A DNA stretch of 64,000 nucleotides. Source: Eledone cirrhosa. Taxonomy: Eukaryota. The DNA lies in NCBI GenBank assembly GCA_964016885.1, contig OZ024741.1:158286001-158350000 (forward strand). Reading direction: 5' to 3'. Positions 24,960-37,034 of this stretch are shown here, one piece after another; position 1 is the first letter of the stretch, and each line of letters opens with the position of its first letter. The notes under the pieces were generated by a model. It worked only from the letters and a program-made list of their open reading frames with translations. It was not told where the DNA came from and ran no database searches. Made by a program: the position numbers and the translations under genes.

Positions 24960-27618
24960 CACTAACATTCTTGTGGAGAAACCCACCACTGGTTGGAGAG
25001 ATGGATCACCCATGCCCTTTCTAAAAAGCCAAAGGTAAAGTATTTTTTCCCCTCTCATTTTCAGGATAGGCAGTATAAATGCATGTGGCCAGGGGTCATC
25101 CTGGAAGCAGGGCCACCTGTTCAACGATCTCAGGTTGTTGAACATAGATGTGGTGGCCATCAGCAAGATCAGAATCTCTGAGGCACGGGCATTTACACCC
25201 ATTTTTGATAGCTATGAGGTGCACACATCTCCAAGCCATCCAGGATCTGGAGGCAGGGTGGCAGTTTGTTCCAGAGAGATCTGGATCTTGAGATACTAGC
25301 CATCTTCTTGGACCCAGAAGGTAAGTTGGTGATGCTGGATGTGACCAGTGGAGAAGGTCACACTTTCAGGTTAGTGACCATCTACGCTCCAACAGGGGCA
25401 GGATGGCCTGACTTCTTCCAGCACCTGGCGACCTTTCTTGGAACATCGCGCTCTTTAATGTTAGTCGGCAACTGGAACGGGATCTTGGATGCACGCCTGG
25501 ACTGTATGGGACTAGCGAATAGGGGAGGATGGCGTAAAAGCCTTGCAAACTTGCTTAGACGTTTCCAAATATCTGACAGGTACCATCTGGATTTCCTGAA
25601 TGTGCCAATGTGGACATGAACAAACCGCATCAGGTCATCCAGATCGTATCTAGATAGGGTATTTTGTAGGGAAATAGATAGGTACAACATAGGTTTCCAC
25701 AATTCAAGATATTCGATGCCTCAGACCACAAATTTGTGATCTATGTTATCGACCCGGATACAGAACGGTGAATGCCTCGCTCCCAGCATGCAAAGCTTAC
25801 AGAGACCGGATTAGTGAATTAGTTAAGCAGGCATTGATGGGGGCAGTCATCAACAACAAATGGTGGTTCGCCCTGAAAAGGGTGATTAGAATAGAATCCA
25901 TTGGGTTCAGTAAGGCATTAGCAGTAGAGAAAAATAGAGCAGAGGGAGAACTAGTTAGAAAATTAGATGAGTAAAGGTATCGTGACTGACGTGCTTGCGG
26001 TAAGATTGGCCCCCGACCAATTCTTCAACGCAAAGCACGAAGGCTGCATTGTCAGAACTTGGGCACATGCTCTCAGACACAAGCTATTCAATGGGCCTGA
26101 GTGGCAGAGCACGTCATGGAAACAAAGCCATGATCCAATTTTTGGAGGACCACGATGGGCACATATTAGTCGATCCTGAGCAGATGTGTGCGGCCTTTCA
26201 GCAGCACTTTGCTCAACTGTTTGAGAGCAGTGGTGGGCCAGTTCATGCGATGGATTTTAGTCTCTACCTCAAAGGCCTGCCACGGCTCTCAGCTCAGAGG
26301 CAGAGTGTTGTGAAAGGGCAATAACTGCTGCTGAGATACGGGAGACAATGACTGACTGCATGAGGAGTAAATCGCCTGCTTTGGATGGTGCCCTACAAGC
26401 TTTATGTACACATGCTAGACTTGTTCAGTGACCTCTTGGTAGAAGTCTACTGCAACTGGCAGCAGAACAGAGAATTCTCAGTTCTGTGAGCCGAGGAGTG
26501 GTGGCACTGTTGAGAAAGGACCTGAAAAAAGGGGATAATGAAGATAATTTCAGGCCCATAACTCTGCTGTATGCAGAGTTCAAAATTTTGGCCAAGGTAT
26601 TAGCAATGAGGTTGGTGCTTGTCGTCGGGAGTCTGGTGTGAAAGGCACAGACATGCCCCATTCCAAACAGATCCATCCCTGACAATCCCCACCTTGTGCG
26701 ATACATTGTGGAGAGGATAGTTAAGTAACCTTGCATAAGTGGGGCCCTGATCAATTTAGATCAATCGGAAGCATTCGATAGGGTTGACCATCAATACTTG
26801 GTGGCCGTCCTCAAGGTGGCTGGCTTTGGGCATGTTTTCAGAGGGTGGGTCACTGCCATAAACAATGACATATGCTCTGTGGTGAGAGTGAATAGTCACC
26901 TTTCAGAACCGTTCAATATATTGCGCTCGGTTGTCCCCTCTCGTCCCTATTGTATGTATTGACTCTAGAGCCATTACTTGCACACACTGGAGACATTGAG
27001 GGCAACTCGTGTGAACTAGGATGCAGGAGAACCATGCCAGCTTATGCCGACGGTGTCACCATAGTGGTGTCAAGCACTAAACACATTGAGGTGATCGGCA
27101 CTACTCTAAGAGAATATGAGTTGGTGACAAGAGCAATGATTAACCAGGAAAAGTCATGAGCCTGTGGCCTTTCTCACCTAGAAATGGGCTGGCCGAGAAG
27201 AAGCTATGCCTGAAAGGTGTGGGCAGAGGTGGCGAATGCCTACATCGTGTCTGTCACCTGCTACCGCCCGACCGTCGTGCCTTGTCCTAAGCCTCGTCTG
27301 ACTGCACTGGAGTGTTTGTGCTTTCGCTTTTGATGGTCAGACAGTTCATCTGCTGACAACAGCCGCTGCGTGGAGGACTGGGCATACCATGGCTGACGAT
27401 GCGCTGACAAGCACTGAGGCTACGACATCTCCAGATTTTACTCAATGGAGTGGGCACGTTTTTCCCAAGCTTGTCTCCTTGATAGAGCTGCAAACCTGGG
27501 TTAAGCAGAGACCGAGAAGGAGCGCTTGGAAACTGGGATGTCTTCAAGCACTCACAGTCCTTTGCCAATCGGGCACTGTGATCAGTGGAAACTCCATCTT
27601 GGCGTTCTATAGAGGGTT
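24960..27618 (+). mobile_element. Degenerate Tx1/L1-clade LINE ORF2 (APE and RT)
   Basis: LVTIYAPTG, GNWN, SYLDRVF, SDHK, NFRPITLL..EFKILAKVLA.RL, LDQSEAFDRVDH and YADGVT, with many stops and frameshifts. Confidence 0.88.
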
Positions 27619-27619
27619 A

Positions 27620-30312
27620 TATCATCATCATCACCGTTTTACGTCCGTTCTTCCATGCTAGCATGGGTTAGACGGGTTATCCTGTTGTGGGCAGTGTCTG
27701 GTCGGCTGACCATGCCTTGCTCATACAGGAACTGATTTTGGCTTGATTTCTACAGCTGGATGCCCTTCCTAACACCAACCTCATTTACAGTGAGTGCTGG
27801 GTGCTTTTTCTGTGGTGCCTACATGTCCACTTTACAGTGTGGGCTGGGTGCTTTTTGGCTGTGGCACCTCCACGACCACCTTGCAGTGGGAGAGTGTGGG
27901 GGCATATTGTCTATATGCTTCAGCTTGTACCCATGAGAGGTCGGGTATTCTGTATTACTGCATGATGCCAGAGGTCTCGGTCGTGTGTCATCGCCTTTGA
28001 GAGGTGTAATTGGGTAAGGTCGGCTTTTATCACCTCATCCCAGGTCTTCTTCGGTCTCCCCACTCCACGGTTTCCATTGACTTCTAGTGCTCTGCACCTT
28101 TTTATGCAGTTGTCATCCTTCATACGCATCACATGTCCATACCAACGCAACTGCCTCTACTGCACACAGCATTTGATTCCTCTTATGCTCAGTCTCTCTC
28201 TCAATTCATTTTTGCTTTGTCGTTCGCATATATTACTATTACACATCCATCAGAGCATGCAGGCTTCGTTTCTTTCTAATATACGTAAGTCTTCCACCTT
28301 CAGCGCCCAGGTCTCACTCCCATGTAACATTGCTGTTTGGATACATGCATCATACAGTCTGCCTTTCATTTTGAGGGAGAAGCCTTTTGCAGCTAGCAGT
28401 GGCAGTAGTTCCCTGAACTTCTTCCATCCTGTTCTTACCCTAGTTATTGTACTTTCCGAACACCCACCTCCATTGCTAATTTGGTCACCTAGGTAGCAGA
28501 AGCTGTCTACTGTTTCTACAGAGCCCTCCCAGAGATTGGTGGTACTTGTTTCCTGTGACTGTTTGCTGTTCCATCACAGCTGCTGCATGTGAAGCCTACA
28601 TTCTTAATTAAGCTCCCTGAGATCCCGCTACATCTCTTGTGTACCCATTGTTTGCATTTGGGGCAGAGAATGGAGTTCCTACCTACACCTTTCCTACATA
28701 CTGAGCAAGGCCATTTCCCTGAGGGGATCTGGGTTATGTTTTCTCGTCTACTTACAAGGACCTTAGTCTTTGTCATGTTGACTTTGAGACTCTTTCTTTC
28801 TAGTCCCTGCTTCCAAGTTTGGAATTTCTTCTTTAGTTCTACCATAGATTCAGCTATAAGTGCAATGTCATCAGCATACAGGAGTTCCCATGGGCATCTG
28901 GTCTTAAACTCCTCCGTTATTGCCTGCAGGACTATGATGAACAGGAGAGGGCTAAGAACAGAGCCCTCTGGACACCAACCTGTACGCTAAATTCCTCGCT
29001 ATACTCATTGCTAATCCTAACTTTGCTGACTGCTCCCCTATACATGGCTTGTACAGCTTTCACAAGCAATTCATCTACTCTTAGTTTTCTAAAAGCCCAC
29101 CAGAAACAGCACGTGGAACTCTGTCAAAGGCTTTCTCGAGATCGACGAATGCCAGGTAGAGTGGCTTACTTTTAGCTAGGTACTTTTCCTGTAACTGCCT
29201 CACAAGGAAGAGGGCATCAGTGGTGCCTCTTCCTGGTACAAACCCAAATTGCATCTCGTCTATTTTCACCCGGTCCCTAATCAACTGTGCTATAACTCTT
29301 TCTGTTACTTTCATGACCTGGTCCATCAGCTTTATACCTCTATAGTTTCATCTATCTAGTGCATCACCTTTACCTTTGTAGCAGTTGACAATGATGCTAC
29401 TGCACCAATCTTTTGGTATGACACATACCAAAGTATAGTATTACCTGGTTAACAATACGTGGGGTTATAGTGTGACCTACAGACCCAGATGCTTTCAGCA
29501 TCTCGGCAGCTATACCCGATGGACCGGTTGCCTTCCCCATCCTCATATCTTTGATTGCCTTACTTACTATGCTGCTGCTGACTTGTACTGCTGGTCCCTC
29601 TATAGGGTCTACTTGGGGTAGGGTCTCTTCTTCCCATGCATTCTCCTCATTTAGTAATAATCTATCATAATGGCTCTTCCATGCATCTTTCTTCTCAGCA
29701 CTTGTGATACACTTCTCTCCAATGACATCACAATTCTCTCTGACACACTGCCTCGCAATCATGAACACCTCCTGTTTCTGGTCCTCATGTTGCAAAACAT
29801 GCTTGAATTTTCTATCCTCTGCTTCCCTCCTAGCTAAGTATACTTGTCGCCTAGCTTCCCTCTTGGTCTCTATGTAATGTACCCTGCTCCCCCCATTCTT
29901 CCATTCTTTCCATGCCTGTCTCTTGGCCTTAACTGCCTCATCTACCTTATTGTTCCACCACCAAGTCACTCTCCTCCTGCTTGTGGTCTTACTCCAGCAA
30001 CAGACCTCATCCGTTGCCTCTAGTAAGTTATTTTTTAGGAACTCCCAGTGCTCTTCTACATTGAATGTCTCTATCTGTTCTTCTTTACTGTCGTAGGTGT
30101 TCAGTAAAATATCTTTAAATCTGTTACTGGCTGAGGGGTCTTTCAGCTTCCAGATCTTTCTTCTCCAGGTTGACCTATGTTTCCACATTCGTCTAGTTCT
30201 GACCATGAGGTCGCTGACAACTAAGCTATGTTGGGAGGTACATTCCTCACTAGGGTAGGCTTTTGTGTTTACGACCGTCCATCTGTCACGTCCTCTGATG
30301 AGGATAAAATCT
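27620..30312 (-). mobile_element. RTE/BovB-like LINE, 5'-truncated and degenerate
   Basis: ORF pieces with TWWWN, QFGFVPGRGTTDA, FVDLEKAFDRVPR, LYADD, a Cys/His cluster, LRWYGHV and GRPKKTWDE; UTR and tail. Confidence 0.95.
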
Positions 30313-30339
30313 ATATTAATATATATACATACATACATT

Positions 30340-32205
30340 GTCTTTTAGGGTATCGACAGATGTTCTGAGAAGGTAATCCAAGCAAATTATGAAGATATAG
30401 GGAGCTAAAGGGTCACCTTGTATCACTCCTGCCACAATTTCAAAGAAATATGTATCACCATCTGGAGATCATATCATTGAATGTGTTTTTGTAGAGCATC
30501 ATAAGGCTTTTACTGTTGTCATTTAGTATACCATAGGCTAGCAGTATTCCTTCCATTTTACCTCTATGAATACTTTGGAGAAATCAATGAATAACAGAAC
30601 AGTATTTAGATTTTTAGCTTTCAAGAATTCTACAAACGATTTAAAAAGCCATTTTAATTTTTTCTCAATACCTTTTCGATTTCTCAATTCCTTTTCGATT
30701 TCTCAATACCTTTTCGATTTCTCAATACCTTTTCGATTTATGCAACATAGAGTTATACATTTTTGCAGCTATTGCTATAAGGGTTATTCCTCTGTAGTTT
30801 TTTACCACACCAAGATCTCTTTTTTGGGTGAAAAGGAAAATACAACCCTTAGTCTATGTTTCTATATTGTTTTGATTATATATGTCATTGCAGAATCATT
30901 AGATTGTTTGGACTTTCATACTTCAAGTGGTATTTCATCAAAGTCTGGTGCCCCATTTGATTTCACCGTTTTTAGAACAGTTTCCAATTCACACTACATC
31001 TATGAATGAGTAATAGATATCCTGCCACAAAAATCATGGATGCAGATTTACACTCATGATTTAGTGCTACTCTCTGATCTAATAAGCCAAGTAGAAACCT
31101 TTCTCCATAGACTTGAACATTCAGCCAAAGGTATTGGTCACTATTGGTCACTCCTACAAAACAGAATACATAAACTTAAATCAAAATGGACAATCTGTAG
31201 TGACTAGCGCCATCTCTCCGGGGAACCAAACTATTTGGAGTTACTTCCCTGTGACCAGTATATAAGGGAGCGTTCCGATGCCTCTCTCTCTCTTTTCACC
31301 TTTTGGCCGCCTGCAACACATCTGCTGAGGACCTATGCCATAAGGCTCAGCTCAGATGTATTCCAATCCTTCTTACAAGGATTAACAAAGCAAGTCACAG
31401 GTATGTCATTTAACCATTGTAAACACACACGCACAAGCACACGAATAAAGAAAAACTACCTTCACATACTGTTGAGAAGACTTATCGTTGTTATCATATA
31501 TATTATTTCCTGTCTGCATCTCATCATCTTGCTTCCTGCTTTCCTTACACATTCTTGTGTTCCTTCACTTATTAAATTAGTAATTGGTATACAGTGTTAT
31601 CTACTAGAGTAAATGACCTTATGACCAGTTCACTAAAAATCAAAACAGCATCTGGCAAACAGCATCTGGCAAACCTCTCAATTGTAATAAGAATTTACTT
31701 ATCTAGGTAGTAAAATTTCTAGCTGTGAGAGCAATGTAGACACATACATTAATAAGGCCTGGGAAGCCAACGACAAGTTATCTCTAGTGTGGAAATCTAG
31801 ACTTCCAGACAACATGAAAAGGAAGCTCTTTCAAGCAACTGTTACCTCTGTCCTATTTTATGATTGTTCAGCAAGTACCCTTACCTCAAAATTGAAAAGA
31901 AGATTAGATGAAGCCTATACTTGCATGCTAAGGATGGCTTTGAATGTCACTTAAAGAGATCGTCTGACTAATGATTTATTGTGTGTGAAGCTTTGTCCAG
32001 TTTATGAAAGAGCATAGAGTCAGATTTGCAGGGCATTGGCTGGAGGATTAATGACAAAATTGTTAGCAAAGTCCTTTTGTAGGAGCCTACACAAGGAATG
32101 GCTAGCAAAGGACAACAAGCCAAAACCTATATCAAGCAGATTTGTGATGACCTAAAGTGCAATCCCTCGGACCTGCCAAATATGATGAACAATAAAATTG
32201 GATGG
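30340..32205. mobile_element. Old RTE-superfamily LINE with inverted 5' part (30340-31000 minus; 31010-32205 plus), interrupted by a solo LTR
   Basis: Minus: NYRGITL..AAKMYN, IDFSK, QGDPLAPY. Plus: RYPA..DAD, KTEYI, YLG, FAGH. The two halves are roughly colinear parts of one RT. Confidence 0.7.
31196..31637 (+). mobile_element. Solo LTR (442 bp), Gypsy-related
   Basis: Ends TGTAGTGA...TCACTAAA; 4-bp TSD AATC (31192-31195 and 31638-31641); TATA-like at ~31260 and AATAAA at ~31445; shares blocks with the LTR at 61393-61882. Confidence 0.85.
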
Positions 32206-32344
32206 TGACAGATAGTCATGGGAATCCATGCAAGTAGTGCAATCTATTCATATATATATATCTGTATGTGGTTAATGGCTAATGACTCTGAGATAAACGG
32301 CAAAAATCCATAGTATCAAGACTCACTATCTAGCCTTAATAAAA

Positions 32345-32860
32345 TAAATATATGTAAATTCTCAGTGTATACTGATTAATGTTCAGAGCCATCCTCAGCA
32401 TTCTCGTGTAGCACCCATCCACCATCTGAGTGAGTTTCTTGGTCAGTGTCCAAGTCTCAGACCCATACAGCAGCACAGACTCCACTACAGCAATGAAGAG
32501 GCGGATTTTCAGGTCTCTACGAAGGTCCGACTTCCACACCGATCTCACAGAGCTGTATGGGAGCATCCCAAAAGTCAGCTCAAAAGTGACATAGAGGAGA
32601 CTGAGGTTGGCTGGACATGTTCACCGACATCCAGAGTTGACATTGCACTCAGTGTTCCGTTGGGAGCCCCTACATGGACACACTAGAAGAGCCCCTACAT
32701 GGACACACTAGAAGAGGAAGACCAAGGTTAACATATGTTGATGCCCTAAGGACGGACACTGGTCTGTTGGAGATGCAGGATATGGCAGCGATAATGAGGG
32801 ACAGAGACCGCTGGAGAGAACTCGTCCATGGATCTCGGGAATTTTACCCGCCTTAGATAG
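32345..32860. mobile_element. RTE-superfamily LINE 3' end with 5' inversion
   Basis: Minus 32345-32550 encodes VESVLLYGSETWTL..MLRMALNI; plus 32548-32856 encodes ELYG..RRLRLAGHV..GRPRLTY..DRDRWR. Confidence 0.85.
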
Positions 32861-32901
32861 ATAGATATATGTAAATATATATATATATATATACATTATA
32901 T

Positions 32902-32933
<32 letters not shown>

Positions 32934-33078
32934 ATTATATATATATATTATATATATATTATATATATATTATATATATATTATATATATATTATATATA
33001 TATATTATATATATATATTATATATATATATTATATATATATATTATATATATATTATATATATATATTATATATATA
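32860..33078. repeat. Compound (TA)n microsatellite
   Basis: Direct observation. Confidence 0.95.
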
Positions 33079-33415
33079 TCATCATTTCATTTTACGTCCG
33101 CTTTTTCCCTGCTTGCAAGGGTGGGACGGGAACTGATTCTGGCTTGATTTCTACAGCTGGATGCCCTTCCTAACACCAACCTCATTTACAGTGAGTGCTG
33201 GGTGCTTTTTTTGCCGTGGCACCTCGACAACCACTTTGCAGTGGAATGATAGGGACCCCAGTCCCTATCATCTCATTTCTACAGCTGAGTAAACTGGAGC
33301 AATGTGAAATAAAGTGTCTTGCTCAAGGAAACAACACATCACCCGGTCTGAGAATTGAACTCACAACCTTTCGATTGCAAGGCCAATGCTCTAACCACTA
33401 AGCCATGTGCCGCCA
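33079..33415 (-). mobile_element. SINE family B with RTE-derived tail
   Basis: Near-identical to 18720-19036, with an extra ~30 bp of core; inserted in (TA)n. Confidence 0.9.
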
Positions 33416-33455
33416 TCTATATTATATATATTATATATATATATTATATATATAC

Positions 33456-33458
<3 letters not shown>

Positions 33459-33520
<62 letters not shown>

Positions 33521-33586
33521 TGGCTGCACTGCTGAAAGCATTCGTCTGCTTAGCTGAGGCTCTGGCTTCGAATATGCTGTACTTCC

Positions 33587-33655
<69 letters not shown>

Positions 33656-33680
33656 TCATCATCATCATCATCATCACCAT
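33459..33680. repeat. (TG)n, (TA)n and (CAT)n microsatellites
   Basis: Direct observation. Confidence 0.95.
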
Positions 33681-34245
33681 TATCATTTTTATGTCAATTT
33701 TCTCCATATGCATGGGTTGGATGGGTCTTTCTCAGCACAGCATCACTCCACTCCCTGAGTTCCTTCATCATTCCCTGTGAGTCTCAGGGATTTGAGGTAA
33801 GCTCTCACCACCTTTGCTCAGATCTTTCTTGGTCTACTTCAACTGCAGCTTCCTTCCACTGGGATTTCCTGGCTCTTCTTCAATCCAGTGTTCATTATCC
33901 ATGCACATCACATGCCCTTACCAATACAGTCTTCTCTCCTGCACACCACCTCAGATTCTTCTTAAACCCAGCTTCTCCCTCAGCTCATCCAAGCTCTGCC
34001 TTTCTCTTACATTTACAATGCACATCCAATGAAGCATGGTTGCTTCATTTCTCTCCAATATATGCATGTCCTCTGCATTCACCCCCCATGTTTCACTACC
34101 ATGCAGCATTGCACTTCACATGCTAGCATGGAAGATAGACGTTAAACGATGATGATGATGATGATGATGATGATGCAGGCATCATACAGTTGGCCTTTTG
34201 TAGTCAACTGGGAGTAGCTCTCTAAACTTTTTCCATCCTATCCTT
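33654..34245 (-). mobile_element. RTE 3' fragment with a short opposite-strand RTE tail inserted at ~34118-34175
   Basis: Minus strand MLHGSETW and RLYW.GHV motifs; inserted catgctagcatggaagatagacgttaaacgatgatgat. Confidence 0.75.
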
Positions 34246-34304
34246 ATATATATATACATATATGAACATACACATTTTGTAAGTTTGTAAGCAGGTACTT
34301 GAAA

Positions 34305-34558
34305 TATGTATCACATAAAGTGGAGGTTGTCGTGGATGGATCTGTATGGGATGGCAAATGCTTGCGCCTCCCCTACCAGACCCTCAACAACAAGCACCAA
34401 CATCTTCGCTAACACCTTGGACAAAATTTTAAACTCTGTGTTTAATAGAGTTATGAGCCTGAAATTATCTACAGTCTCCCTCATGTTCTCGCCTTTCCTC
34501 ATCAGTGTTATTACGCTCCAGCTCACAGAACTGGGAATACACCTGTTCTACTGCCAGT

Positions 34559-34560
<2 letters not shown>
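34305..34560 (-). mobile_element. Tx1/L1-like RT fragment
   Basis: NFRLITLLNTEFKILSKVLA..RSIHDNLH. Confidence 0.85.
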
Positions 34561-34595
<35 letters not shown>

Positions 34596-34949
34596 CATTC
34601 TTTTTACATCTGTTCCCCCATGCTTTCATGGGTTATAATATATATATATATGTTTGTGAATATCCATGAGTGTCTTTATGCCCCATAACTTAACAGATCA
34701 ATAACATAAGTACCAGACTTGATAAAAGAGTGATCGATATGATCAACTAAATCATGGCAGTACCCCAGCATGGCTGCAATTTAATCACTGAAACTCATAA
34801 AAGAATATCAAACCTATCATTTAGTCATAAAACACCACAAGTTGTTTTTTCCTTGTTTTTTTTAATGTTTTTAAAACTTTTTTGGGTTTTTACTTCACTT
34901 ACTAATGATCGACTAATTACACAACTACTACCACTACTACTCCACCTGT

Positions 34950-35149
34950 NNNNNNNNNNNNNNNNNNNNNNNNNNNNNNNNNNNNNNNNNNNNNNNNNNN
35001 NNNNNNNNNNNNNNNNNNNNNNNNNNNNNNNNNNNNNNNNNNNNNNNNNNNNNNNNNNNNNNNNNNNNNNNNNNNNNNNNNNNNNNNNNNNNNNNNNNNN
35101 NNNNNNNNNNNNNNNNNNNNNNNNNNNNNNNNNNNNNNNNNNNNNNNNN
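34950..35149. other. Assembly gap (200 N)
   Basis: Run of N. Confidence 1.
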
Positions 35150-35749
35150 TCTCTTTCTCTTTCTTTCTCTCTCTCTCCTCTCTTCTTTACTCTCCCTCTC
35201 ATCTTTACTCTTTGTGTTTTCTTTGTACTGTTCTCTGTGGTTTCACTTCAAGCCTATACCAATTTCTATTTTAAATATCTAGAGATCTTGTTCTAACCAC
35301 CCGGACTTTTTTCACTTAAATTTCTTACCAACATTACAGATTGGTTTTTCTGTAAAGAGAAAAAAGAGACCAAAAGTTTAAGACTTTCTGTTTTTAATAT
35401 CGAAATCAGTGTTAATTGCTAGATTCCAGTCGAAAAGAAACACTTTCCACAGTAAAAGTAAAAGAGGTGAGCCAAAGCTTCTCAGAGGATTCAAGAAAAT
35501 TTTCTGACCAATTTTGTACAGATTTTAATGAAATTTTAAGTCTGATTTTCAATACATTTTCAGGAACTTCTCAGTTATCTTCAGATTTGTTTACCATTTA
35601 AAAAGTGATGACAAGATCAGAAGACTAGACATCGCCACAATTTCATTGCTGAAATATCTGGATACAACTTTATATATATTCACATTATTTGGTTGATATA
35701 CATATTGTCTTATACATAACTTAAACTAAGAGGTATGGATACATATACA

Positions 35750-36305
35750 TCATCATAATTTTACATGGTTTTTCCATGCTTGCATTGGTTAGAAAGATCT
35801 TTTTCAACACATCATCCCATCACTTATTGCAGACATTCATCTTCTCCATGAGCTTCATTGATTTGAGATTAGCTTCCACCACCTCCACCCAAGTCTTCCT
35901 CAGTCTTTCTCCACTGCAGCTTCCTTTCACTGGGATCTCTTGGCACATCTTTACCCAGTGATCATCATCCATAAGCATCACATGTCCATACGAGCAGTCT
36001 TCTCTATTGCTCACTACATTTGATTCCTCTTGTATGCTAAATTCTTCACTATAATAATTGTTAATTCTAACCTTACTGACTTTTCCTCTATACATGGCTT
36101 GTATAGCTTTCACAACCCACTCATCTACTCCTAGTTTTCTAAGAGCCCACCAGATAATGTAGCAGGGACTCTGTCCAAGTCAACAAAAGCTAAGTAGAGG
36201 GGTTTACTTTTAGCTAGGTACTTCTCCTGCAGTTGCCTTACGAGGAAGAGAGCATTTGTGCTACTTTTACCTGAAACAAATTCAAACTGCATTTCATCTA
36301 GGTTA
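35750..36305 (-). mobile_element. Internally deleted RTE fragment
   Basis: DEMQFEFVSGKSSTNALFLVRQLQEKYL.. joined directly to the YGHV..RKTW C-terminus. Confidence 0.8.
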
Positions 36306-36423
36306 ATATATATTATTATTATTTGCCGTTCATCCTTAAGGATCGATAAAATAAAGCACCAGTAATGCACTTGGGTAAATGCTGGCCTTGTGCCAAAAGT
36401 AGAAACAATTATTATTATTATTG

Positions 36424-36832
36424 TTCTTTGAGTCTCAGTCATTGATGTTATTTAACTGGAAAGTTTGTTGAAGTGAATATTAAGCCGCTACCTGCAGCCG
36501 CAGATATTCAGGACGTATCGGAGGGTTCTTGCTGTTCCCAGCAAGCATGCCTTTTGAAGTGTTCCAAAAAGCGGGGCTGGACTAATCTTCTTTAACCATC
36601 CTTGGAAACTCTTTGAGATAGTACCTAGTGCGCCTATGACAATCGGGACGACCTTGATTTCATGGCAGTTCCAAATCCTTTTTAACTCCCACTTTAAATC
36701 CTGGTATTGGTTAATTTTCTCCCTCGCCTTTTCTTGCACTCTCGTGTCAAATAGGCAGGCTACATCTACAATCAGGCACAATCTTTTTCCCTTGTCCAAA
36801 ACCACCAGGTCAGGCCTATTGTGTTCTAATTT
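36424..36832 (-). mobile_element. R4/Dong 3' fragment (REL domain and UTR)
   Basis: HNRPDLVVLDK..DVAC..LQKACLLGTARTLR; flanked by (TAT)n on both sides. Confidence 0.9.
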
Positions 36833-37034
36833 TTTTATTATTTTTATTATTATCATCATTTTTATTTTATTTCATTATTGTTTCTGAGATATATGCCGAA
36901 TGTCTTCCTGAAACCTAGGGCAAATAAATTCACAGTGTGCATTGGTAAGCCAGTTAATACAGCACATTGATTATAATTAAAAAAAACAAAAAAAAAACAG
37001 TATACATATATACACATGTGCATATGCATATGTA

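Noticed and set aside
34754-35296. ORFs spanning the N run
   Set aside because: Artefacts of the assembly gap
35480-35670. Possible 5' exon of the PAN gene
   Set aside because: Looks more like a highly decayed L1-type RT fragment; no convincing splice donor
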